NCBI GenBank assembly: GCA_049472355.1
Contig: JBLIRP010000035.1
Coordinates: forward strand, 1-35,713
Direction of reading: 5' to 3'
Origin: a bacterium
GTDB lineage: Bacteria > SZUA-182 > DTGQ01 > JAFGSM01
Length of the DNA: 35,713 bases
Below, in pieces: positions 16,401 to 23,940 of this stretch; position 1 is the stretch's first letter, and each line of letters opens with the position of its first letter. A program made the position numbers and the translations under genes. Under the pieces are notes generated by a model that saw only the letters and a list, made by a program, of their open reading frames with translations, was not told where the DNA came from and did not search any database.

Positions 16401-19078
16401 TCCCTGACATTGCCTCGGACGGCAATGATTTCCTCGTGGTGTGGCAGGACGACCGTTTCGTGGACACCGACCGCGGATATGACATCTACGGCATGAGGAT
16501 CAACAGCAACGGCGAGGCCCTCGACCTGCCCTTCAAGGAGGTCGGCATCTGCACCGCAGACGGCCACCAGGTGAGGCCCCGGGTTGCCTGGGATCCGCAG
16601 GGGAACCAGTACCTGATCTCATGGCTCGATATCCCCTTCGAGCTTGCCCCTGAGGATATGCTGGCGCACCGGTTGAGCGTTCCCTTCCCCAGGACCGGGA
16701 ACGTCAGGGTGGTGAGGATGGACCCGAACGGCCGGCTCCTGGACGGTTCCCCCGGGTCGAACGAAAAATATGAGGGAACGCAGCCCGTGGGGGTTTCCCT
16801 GACCCAGGACCGTCCTGCGTTTACCTGCGATGCTGCCTCAGGCTGCGCCTTCATCTGGGAGGACATACGCAACAGCCGCTCCTATGACCTCTACACCACG
16901 TCCTTTCAGAAAACCCTGAACTGGGTGGACGACGATGATTACGGCGACAAGGGGGTGCACCCCGCATCCGCCTCGCCGGGGGAGACCTTTACCTTCAAGG
17001 TGCACTACCGGGACCGGCTGGACAACCCCCCTGCAAAGGCCCAGGTATGGATCGACCTCAACGACGACGGTGACTTCGATGAGGATGAGCAATTCGACAT
17101 GGAGCCGGAGGACCCCAACGCCGCCATGGAAAACGGGATGATATATTCATATTCCAAGGAGATTGATTTTCCCGAGGACACTGACGGGGCGCTTGCATAC
17201 CGGTTCTATTTCGAGGATGAGAATGGGGTTGAAGTCCCGGGCATCGGAAGCGGCATCAATTTCCTCACCCTGACGATAACCGAGGCCCCCCAGCTCGACT
17301 GGGCAGGGGGAACAGGCTTCACCACCGACGGTGTCGCGCCGAATCAGGGTGACAGCGGATCGGTCTTCACGTTTAAGGTAAAGTATACTGATCCTTCAAA
17401 TCTTAAACCCGGAATTGCCCGTGTATGGATCGATCTGGATGATGACGGTGAGTATGATGATTATTTTGAAAAGTCTTCCATGAATGCAGAAGATCAATAT
17501 GACTCGGATTACTCCGATGGCAAGATCTATTACCTGGATAAAAGGATCACCTATCAGGGGGATGGGGTTATCAAATATAAATTCGATTTTTATAATAACG
17601 CGGGAATCAAAGCAGAGGGCCCGCCCACATATGATAATACATATACTTTCACAGTTAACGAGGCCACTCTGGAACCCATGTGGCAAACACTCTATAAAAA
17701 GGATGGGCTCAATGGAAACATGATCTCATCCTTGGCCTTGGATTCGGATAACAACCTATGGGTTGGTTTCATCAGGGCAAGGGATACAAACGGTAACATA
17801 ACAGATTCCCAAAGTGGTGGTATCGCCAAGTTTGACGGAAATGATTGGACCCCTTTCAGAGGGACACAATACCTGGCGAGTGATGATGTGCGGTCACTTG
17901 TAGTGACACCGGACGATGCCCTGTGGATATGGACCACTGCCGGTCCGATAGAATCCGACGGTCAAGATGATTGGACGCCTGTCGAAGACAAGGATCCAAA
18001 CATGGTTTTCCAAGGGATGGCTGGAGATCTTCAGGGACGGGCATGGGTGGTAAAGATGTCTAAAAGGACCGAAGATTTTCCCGATTCCAATGTTATTCAG
18101 CAAGATGCCAATGTAAGGAGTAAGTTGATAAAATATGAATCAGGTAAGGACCCTGTGGCGTATTCTGCAACCACCTTTGGCGGCAACATTATTACGGCCT
18201 TGACAATCGATACAGATGGGAAGGTGTGGGTAGGGATTGTGGATTACTTATATACCGATCCTAATGACATCAAATATCCGGGAATCAAGATATTTAATCC
18301 CGATAATGCGGACGTAGAATTCATAAAAGATGTTTATCCAGGCTATCCAGGCGGAGACTATATCATGTTTATGGACAGGGATCAGGAAGGAGATATCTGG
18401 GTGGCGAGTTTTGATAGCTCCAATCGTAGCGCAGCGTTAGCACTGAGCCATTTTGACTATGGGCAGGAATCCTGGACTCACTATACCAGAGGAAAGAGTG
18501 GTGTTCAATTTGGAAGTAATTATATTAGCTCCTTGGATCGCAGGGGGGATGACTTATATCTGGGACATTATGGACAGTATGTTTTTTCGGGAGAATATGC
18601 TTATTCGGAACAGTATCAAGGTCCTGCCGTTGATCCAAACAACCCCGGTGGGGCAACCTATCACGATTTGAACAGTACGGCCTGGAGTCTTTTTAATAGT
18701 ATAACAGCGCCTGTGAACGATTATTTTAAAGATATCTCTTCACTTGTGATTAATACCGATGATATTGTCTGGTTTGGCACGGCGAACGGCCTTGTGCGAT
18801 ATAACCCCAGAGGAAAGTATATCCCCGTGGGCCCCCAACCAAAGGAATATAATGGGCTCTTCGACCCGAACGAGGAGACCGGGTGCTTCATAACCCAGAT
18901 AGAAGGCGGCAGGCAGGGAGGCGGCGGGGTGGTCATCCCCCTGGGTATGCTCTTCTGCCTGTTCCTGATGCTGATCGGATTTTTGTGCGCCCGGCCGCGC
19001 ACATTGTACAAGGGCGGTCCCGGGACCAGCATGCCTGCGGAATCGAATGGTATACGCAAGGACTGCATGCATCAATGA
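13421..19078 (+). CDS. very large secreted/anchored protein: repeated YLVVWED...DIYG blades, four Ig-like repeats with DxDxDG loops, a C-terminal Reg_prop-like propeller, and a GCFI-TM-basic tail
   Basis: Signal peptide (…CTCGYA|AE). Architecture is [blade block, Ig, Ig] twice, then a propeller (ISSLALDSDNNLWVG, ITALTIDTDGKVWVG), then GCFITQI...VVIPLGMLFCLFLMLIGFLC-ARPR. Confidence 0.85.
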   Translation: MMRSPTRDRSRVLIMIVCLVVVITCMCTCGYAAEIDVLPGNVYEFPQDPNRRTNNKPNTRIASNGEGYLCVWQEHDGGARDVYARRLDQEGVVQGDPVIVGSVAGNQRNPDVGSDGERYLVVWADGRNEDPNNNVGLDIYGAIISDQGTVVDEIAIATGSGSQNFPKVKWHGDHYLVVWEDWTGHDAEKGKVALYGTRLDAGGAFIDEDSVEITTDMAYNKKGIRPCFDIASIEDPNGVSWIVAWSGSVQDPSEYGLDILARFLQVDPNDTLALSPLLAQIPISGLDQYNPSVEGLEGQFLVVWEQWADDEGTDTDVLGIMLNMQGGVAGGLINIGSAPKKQRYPELATNGSGFLAVWLDQRESTSEQSVEHIYGIRISPEGFLLQDDPASFGGTRLSEDANQVIWLTDVATPGGDDDRYFCFWSARSDDVWTLRGRMYDPPPPPWLEWAGIDDYEEDGVNPDQAAGGSDFTFKVKYFSDPEINEGPDVAQVWIDLDGSGSFGSDERFDMSAEGSGDFTLGRVYTLQKKILYDGEGTLGYRFFFADAYNVATGDPAEGDTFEVDLVGKRPFLDWTEEVGFTADGARPDGIRWGESASFEFRVLYQDENNDAPPTTRLWVDRNADGYYDPNHEVWDMTASGSDYKNGEIFTTTITLESGVVTTMPYRFEFDDGKNRSTGEPRSGSYLSFNPLGETAACLNTHQQLFPAVTVTLDGYQVFWQDSRDWELDANDTLIVRSHVFMELLDGNMRVMDAAGEPGQTKLDTGDTGAFKPSAIHSKATGTTLVIWEDLRNGATIKPPEDAGNDFKPESIYEGLDIYGIFLDGDGTALTDTTAANEAGEFIIADASDISDPNIGRNVLNPAMAMGENGQYLVAWEDESRINRQRKTDIYARFVEHPAGASGEIFSLKINNWVAQGGDVGDEHQLLPRVAWNGEYYMVVWQDIADASPSVGYNHSRVYGMRISPGGNLHPEEVGFNLFDEDFRSDPNQNRNQLLPDIASDGNDFLVVWQDDRFVDTDRGYDIYGMRINSNGEALDLPFKEVGICTADGHQVRPRVAWDPQGNQYLISWLDIPFELAPEDMLAHRLSVPFPRTGNVRVVRMDPNGRLLDGSPGSNEKYEGTQPVGVSLTQDRPAFTCDAASGCAFIWEDIRNSRSYDLYTTSFQKTLNWVDDDDYGDKGVHPASASPGETFTFKVHYRDRLDNPPAKAQVWIDLNDDGDFDEDEQFDMEPEDPNAAMENGMIYSYSKEIDFPEDTDGALAYRFYFEDENGVEVPGIGSGINFLTLTITEAPQLDWAGGTGFTTDGVAPNQGDSGSVFTFKVKYTDPSNLKPGIARVWIDLDDDGEYDDYFEKSSMNAEDQYDSDYSDGKIYYLDKRITYQGDGVIKYKFDFYNNAGIKAEGPPTYDNTYTFTVNEATLEPMWQTLYKKDGLNGNMISSLALDSDNNLWVGFIRARDTNGNITDSQSGGIAKFDGNDWTPFRGTQYLASDDVRSLVVTPDDALWIWTTAGPIESDGQDDWTPVEDKDPNMVFQGMAGDLQGRAWVVKMSKRTEDFPDSNVIQQDANVRSKLIKYESGKDPVAYSATTFGGNIITALTIDTDGKVWVGIVDYLYTDPNDIKYPGIKIFNPDNADVEFIKDVYPGYPGGDYIMFMDRDQEGDIWVASFDSSNRSAALALSHFDYGQESWTHYTRGKSGVQFGSNYISSLDRRGDDLYLGHYGQYVFSGEYAYSEQYQGPAVDPNNPGGATYHDLNSTAWSLFNSITAPVNDYFKDISSLVINTDDIVWFGTANGLVRYNPRGKYIPVGPQPKEYNGLFDPNEETGCFITQIEGGRQGGGGVVIPLGMLFCLFLMLIGFLCARPRTLYKGGPGTSMPAESNGIRKDCMHQ

Positions 19079-19115
19079 GAGAGCATTGTATGTTGAAAAG
19101 GAGAAAAATGGACTG

Positions 19116-19787
19116 ATGAGAAAAGATCACTTGCTTGTTCCGTCACTGATAGTGGCGGCGCTGTTCATCCTGGCGCTTCCCTCCCGTGGCCGTGCCCTTC
19201 CGCCCTCGCCGAGGCGCAACATCTCCTTCGAGACCAGGGGGGGATACTACGTGATGGATACCTCCAGGTTCGAGGAATCCGTATTCGGAAGAAAGTACGG
19301 GATCATAGGCGGATTGAAGGTGAACATGGAATTCCCCAAGCAATTCCTTCAGGTGGGGGTAGGCGCGGGGTATATGCGGGAACACGAGCCCTTCTACTAC
19401 CTCTATAACGTCCCCCTGGAACTATCGGTGAACGCACGATTGAGGTTTTCACCCGATCAGTTCATCGTCCCCTACGTCGGTGGAGGGGTGGATTACAGCT
19501 ATTTCAAACAGAGGGCAACCTACCTCGATCCCAATACGGATGAGATACTCGAGTCCGCACTGCACAATCATCGCTCGGGTTTCCATGCAAATGCAGGATT
19601 TCAGGTCCTGCTCAACCGTATCGCACCCGATGCCGCAGGGCGGTTCGATGAGAAGTTCGGGGTGAATGCCACCTACCTTACCTTCGAGGTGCGGTACGCC
19701 GACCTTACCAATTTTGATGCATTAAAGGAGGGAGAGACCGATCTGAGCGGCTGGTTTTACTATGTAGGGCTCTTGTTTGAATTCTGA
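19116..19787 (+). CDS. outer-membrane beta-barrel protein, MXAN_2562-like
   Basis: Signal peptide, amphipathic strands (IVPYVGGGVDYSYF, GFHANAGFQVLL), a segment LLNRIAPDAAGRFDEKFGVNATYLTFE recalled as typical of the MXAN_2562 family, and a C-terminal beta-signal YYVGLLFEF. The family assignment comes from recall, not a search. Confidence 0.75.
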   Translation: MRKDHLLVPSLIVAALFILALPSRGRALPPSPRRNISFETRGGYYVMDTSRFEESVFGRKYGIIGGLKVNMEFPKQFLQVGVGAGYMREHEPFYYLYNVPLELSVNARLRFSPDQFIVPYVGGGVDYSYFKQRATYLDPNTDEILESALHNHRSGFHANAGFQVLLNRIAPDAAGRFDEKFGVNATYLTFEVRYADLTNFDALKEGETDLSGWFYYVGLLFEF

Positions 19788-19880
19788 CCGGAGCCGCATG
19801 ACCGACCATATCCTGTAGTGTCATAAAGACAGGTACAGTGTCGGCAGCCCCCGGTACAACGAACCATCGTTCTTTGCAGC

Positions 19881-19908
19881 AAGCCCTTTCACGAGGGCTT
19901 TATTTTTT
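19881..19908 (+). terminator. Rho-independent terminator of the surface-protein operon
   Basis: AAGCCCT-ttcacg-AGGGCTT followed by TATTTTTT. Confidence 0.7.
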
Positions 19909-20006
19909 GGCTGATGGACATACGAGGAAGTCACCACACCAGGCTCGCACAGGAAGTGACCTCGTACTAACCATGCACTTCTGGAACACCAGAAAGGGAG
20001 TCAGTT

Positions 20007-21302
20007 ATGTCCAGTATGTCGATTTCAGTGACTGCAATCATGATGATCCTCGTCAGCGTCATGTCCCTTTGTTTTGTCCCGGCACCGGCGGCAAACGGCC
20101 TATGTGCCGTGTACGTGGACGCAAACTCTTACAGGTACCCGGACGGCAGCAAGGAAGCCCCCTTTCCCTGTATCTATCAGGCACTGGATAACGCCCCGGA
20201 GCACTGCACCATCCGCATCATGCCCGGTGAGTATGACGAGTCCGTCACTGTCGACACGCCCAACCTCTCCCTCAAGGGAGCCGATCCGGATGAGGACCCG
20301 ATGGATACCGTCATCCATGGGACCGTGGAATGCAGCGGGGTGAAGGGATGCCTGCTGGAAGGGCTGACCATTGACGGCGCCGAAAGGGATGGGGTCCGGT
20401 GCATCGAGGCGGATGTCACCATCCGCCGCTGCATCATTATCCGGAACGGGTACGACGGCATCCACGTCGAGGGGGGGAGTGCCCGGATCGAACACTGCAT
20501 CGTCTGGAATAACGGTCATATGGGGATCTATGCGGAACGTGGTTACCCGGGCATCCTCAACTCCATCGTTACCGCCAACCGGAAGGGCGGGGTCAGGGGG
20601 GCGGAGATCCGTTTCTCCATTATTCAGGACCATACCCAGCTCAATCCCCTGGACGGCTTCGGCCTCATCAATGCCGATCCCCTGTTCGTGAGTGCCGATC
20701 CGACAAAGGGCCCCCCCTTCGATTTCCGGCTCCAAAGCAGGACAGGGGATTTCGACGTGGACAGCCCTGCCGTCGACCGGGGGAGCGCCGACGGTGTGAG
20801 TCATGACCTGGTTACCGATATCGGGGTCTACCAGGATTTCGAGCGGACCGAACCGGTGATCAGCCCGCAGCGGATGCTCCTGGAGGAGACAGGGGAGGGC
20901 CGCTTTTCCGCCTTTGGGGGAACACCCCCTTACTCCTGGAAGAGTTCCGATCCCGAGGTGGCATCCATAGACCCCAACGGATCGGTGGTTGCGCTCAGAC
21001 CGGGGTACACATGGATCAATGCTGTGGACAGCGGTGCTGTGGAGGGGAATCCCGCCCTCCTGGTGGTGAAGAGCCCGGCGGACGTCCTTTTCAGCATGGA
21101 TGATCCCGACGCCACCTGGGACCTGAATCTCGATTATTGCATATTCGATGATCCCTTCCGATACCAGGTGGTGGCCTCCTATACCGATCCGATGGCAGCG
21201 GTGAGGTCCCGTATACTTCCCGTTCGGAACCGTGTGTTCTGCAGCGGAGACATCGACGGGTACAACGAGTATCCCTCCCTTGTCGACGGCCGGTTCTACT
21301 GA
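20007..21302 (+). CDS. secreted right-handed parallel beta-helix protein (DUF1565-like N-terminus) with a Big_2-like Ig domain
   Basis: Signal peptide; YVDA...DGSKEAPFPCIYQAL..A...TIRIMPGEY; beta-helix rungs IRRCIIIRN..GI and IEHCIVWNN..GI; NADPLFV...DFRLQ...SPAVDRG; GGTPPYSWKSSDPEVASIDPNGSVVALRPG. RBS AAAGGGAG. Confidence 0.8.
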   Translation: MSSMSISVTAIMMILVSVMSLCFVPAPAANGLCAVYVDANSYRYPDGSKEAPFPCIYQALDNAPEHCTIRIMPGEYDESVTVDTPNLSLKGADPDEDPMDTVIHGTVECSGVKGCLLEGLTIDGAERDGVRCIEADVTIRRCIIIRNGYDGIHVEGGSARIEHCIVWNNGHMGIYAERGYPGILNSIVTANRKGGVRGAEIRFSIIQDHTQLNPLDGFGLINADPLFVSADPTKGPPFDFRLQSRTGDFDVDSPAVDRGSADGVSHDLVTDIGVYQDFERTEPVISPQRMLLEETGEGRFSAFGGTPPYSWKSSDPEVASIDPNGSVVALRPGYTWINAVDSGAVEGNPALLVVKSPADVLFSMDDPDATWDLNLDYCIFDDPFRYQVVASYTDPMAAVRSRILPVRNRVFCSGDIDGYNEYPSLVDGRFY

Positions 21303-22090
21303 CCGATGACCCGGATCGCCGAGGAGGGGATCCAGCCGATCTTCCCGTCGGTGAGTCGGATCTTCATCCACCCTTCGGCCTCGTCGTCCACCCTGCATTC
21401 GGCCCCTTCATGAAGGATGAAAAGAGGGGAGTGGTGAATGCCGTTCCCTGACCGCACCGTGGCCTCCTGGACGGTCACCACGCCCTGCCTGATGATCCCC
21501 TGCGCATATGCCTTGACGACCAGGGTGGCGCCGAAGACAAGGAAGAGGCACAGGCTGAGGATGCGCGCCCACCTGAGCAGTTCGTGGTGCCGGTACAGCA
21601 GGATGAGGGAAAGGGTCCACAGGAGGAGGTTGAACACCAGGAAGATGACGAGGATCTCCCTGATGCTCAGCCAGTAGTACCAGAAGAAGAACACCCGGGC
21701 AAAGGGGATACGCTCCCTGGTCTCGATCCTGTCCTTCCGCTGGTCAAGGACATACCGGAGATTGAATCTCAGGTCGCCGTCCCTGGGCATGAACCGCTCC
21801 GCATTACGGTAATACGCAAGTGCCGGACCGATCCTTCCCATCTTGGTAGAGCAATTGCCCAGGTTGTAGTAGATCGCTCCCGAATGAAACCCGCATCCGA
21901 TGACCTCCTCGTAGAGAGATGCGGCATCCGCATACCGCTCATTTTCATATGCCTGGTTCGCCTGTAAAAAGTTCTGGGTGGCCTTTTCCCTCTGGGCGCG
22001 GGCTACGCAGGGGTGGAGGGCGAACAGCATCAGTGCGGCGAGTCCTGCTGACAGGGCATGGCAAAGGTGAATCCTCCCGGTCCGCTTCAT
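21296..22090 (-). CDS. batE: BatE-like TPR + TM + SH3b protein
   Basis: FLQANQAYENERYADAASLYE, YYNLGNC..KMGRIGPALAYY, DLRFNL, TM helices, and SH3b-like VRSGNG...FILHEG...GWMKIRLTDGKIGWIP. Confidence 0.85.
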   Translation of the reverse strand: MKRTGRIHLCHALSAGLAALMLFALHPCVARAQREKATQNFLQANQAYENERYADAASLYEEVIGCGFHSGAIYYNLGNCSTKMGRIGPALAYYRNAERFMPRDGDLRFNLRYVLDQRKDRIETRERIPFARVFFFWYYWLSIREILVIFLVFNLLLWTLSLILLYRHHELLRWARILSLCLFLVFGATLVVKAYAQGIIRQGVVTVQEATVRSGNGIHHSPLFILHEGAECRVDDEAEGWMKIRLTDGKIGWIPSSAIRVIGQ

Positions 22091-22127
22091 GGCCGGCCCG
22101 CTTCCGTATATATATCGTTCCTGGTGA

Positions 22128-23936
22128 TCATGTCCATCGTATGACTTGGTTAACGAACCTGTCAACATCGTTTAAAAGGGCCTCCCGTTCGTCGGGCCCC
22201 TGCCTGAGGGAGCCGAATGCCCCCTGCTCCAGGGTCCGGAGAAGGGTATTCAGGTGATCCCGCGCCTGGTCCGGCATCCGGGTGTTTTCCAGCTTCCGGT
22301 TGATCTCCTGGGTGGTGAGTGCCTGGGCGTCGATACCCAGGCGGTCGCCGAGGAACTGACGCACGGCGCGCAACGATTGAGTATAAAATGTCTGTGGATC
22401 CCTGTCCGCGGGGGACGGAATGCCCGTGCGGTTTCTCTTCCATTCCCGGTAGGCGTTCTTTCGACGGTAGGAGCCCTGATCCGCGGCCATGCGCCGTCTT
22501 TTTCTCTCCCATCCGAAGAGGGTGAAGTAGGCAAGGGGAGGGAGGATGATCATGAGGAGCAGGAGGGGATTTCCCCATGATACCGATTGATCGCGCAGGG
22601 AATCGAGAGAGGTCTTCACAGGGAGGATATCCCTGCCCAGGAGCCGTATCTCCTCCTTTTTTACGGTCGGGCTGCCACCCTCCACAAGATGGAGCCGCTC
22701 CTCCTCCGCCCCGGGATGGACCTTCAACATAAAGGATGGTGCGGATGCGGTGCGGTAGGCCCCGGTGTCCGGGTCGAGGAAGGGAATCCGCAGGGGAGGA
22801 AAACGGTATTCCCCCGGCGTTGTCGGCACCAGCGCCATCTTGAAGGTCTTTACGCCCGATATACCCTCGTCGTTTGCAGTAACATCGAGGGTGGGATTGT
22901 CTTCGTACACCTTGAATTCAGGAAGATCGGGGATCGAAGGCCCGGGGATGTCGTGAACGTTACCCTTGCCCATGACCTCAATGGTGAGGGTGGCCGAATC
23001 CCCTACCTTCAGCTCATTGGCGCTTACATGGGCGTTGACGCTGAATGAGCCCACCAGGTGGGTGGCAAGGCCGGGATCCTCGGCATGGGGCATCGGTTTG
23101 ACGTGTAGCTGGGTCGGCTGCGTGGAGATGAACTCCGTTTTGATCTCGGTCCTGCCGAATCCCCCGAAGAACGGGTCATCGAAGAAGCTGTCCAGACGGG
23201 ACCTTCCCCGCTTACGTGGGTACATGACCTGGCATTGCAACCTGGCAGGGGGAATGGCAAGCACGCCGGAGCGCTGGGGAAAAAGCGCGTACCGCAATTC
23301 GGTGATCGTGTAGTTCACACCGTCCACCACCTGCCGGTACTCCCGCTCCTTTCCCAGCCTTTCCATACGAAAGCCATTGAATTCGAGGGGCTCCAGGCTC
23401 GCACCCTGGATCTGGACACGGCGGAAAAGGCGCAGGGTATAGATGATCTGCTGGTTTACAAAAGGCTCCTGGTCATCCACCGCGGCGGTGGCAAAGAGCA
23501 TCCTCTCGGGGGGGGAGGCATCGGGGGATTGCGCACGCGAGGAGACGGCGATGGTGAGGGGCTCGGTGTGGTGCGTCTCCCCCCCCACCCTGACCGGGAT
23601 GGCGGGAATGGTTATGGTCCCCTCCTTGATGGGCACGATGGTATACGTGAAGTCGAGGCTGGAGCTGAAACGGCCGTTCACCACCTCGAACCGCGAGGAC
23701 TGACCCCGGTAGTATGCGCTGTACGATTCCGATTTAGGGAAATCCGGTTCTGCGGCGTTGTCCGAACCCTGAACGGATATCACGACCCGCACCTGTTCGC
23801 CGAGCCGGACATTGTCCCTGTCCGCGCTGATGTCGACCCGGACATCGGCCCCCGCCCCCGTGACCTGCAGGCAGACAAGGGGGAGAAGCAGTACAATGAT
23901 CAAGGTGATGGGTCGTGTCATATGCCCTTTTTTCAT
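22128..23936 (-). CDS. batD: BatD family protein
   Basis: Signal peptide and repeated BatD Ig-like units (DRDNVRLGEQVRVVISV, YALFPQRSGVLAIPP, VGDSATLTIEVMGKGN) with a C-terminal TM. True start is ATG 23936; the ORF-track extension overlaps the upstream gene. Confidence 0.88.
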   Translation of the reverse strand: MKKGHMTRPITLIIVLLLPLVCLQVTGAGADVRVDISADRDNVRLGEQVRVVISVQGSDNAAEPDFPKSESYSAYYRGQSSRFEVVNGRFSSSLDFTYTIVPIKEGTITIPAIPVRVGGETHHTEPLTIAVSSRAQSPDASPPERMLFATAAVDDQEPFVNQQIIYTLRLFRRVQIQGASLEPLEFNGFRMERLGKEREYRQVVDGVNYTITELRYALFPQRSGVLAIPPARLQCQVMYPRKRGRSRLDSFFDDPFFGGFGRTEIKTEFISTQPTQLHVKPMPHAEDPGLATHLVGSFSVNAHVSANELKVGDSATLTIEVMGKGNVHDIPGPSIPDLPEFKVYEDNPTLDVTANDEGISGVKTFKMALVPTTPGEYRFPPLRIPFLDPDTGAYRTASAPSFMLKVHPGAEEERLHLVEGGSPTVKKEEIRLLGRDILPVKTSLDSLRDQSVSWGNPLLLLMIILPPLAYFTLFGWERKRRRMAADQGSYRRKNAYREWKRNRTGIPSPADRDPQTFYTQSLRAVRQFLGDRLGIDAQALTTQEINRKLENTRMPDQARDHLNTLLRTLEQGAFGSLRQGPDEREALLNDVDRFVNQVIRWT

Positions 23937-23940
23937 GCGG

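Noticed and set aside
8984..19078. DPN-coding 9-mers as a DNA repeat, CRISPR-like array or DGR target
   Set aside because: Spacing is irregular, synonymous codons vary, and there is no reverse transcriptase, template repeat or cas gene in the window.
8984..19078. Canonical PglB sequon (D/E-x-N-x-S/T) as the explanation for DPN
   Set aside because: Only about 4 of 39 DPN have S/T at +2, and Pro at -1 is excluded in the canonical sequon.
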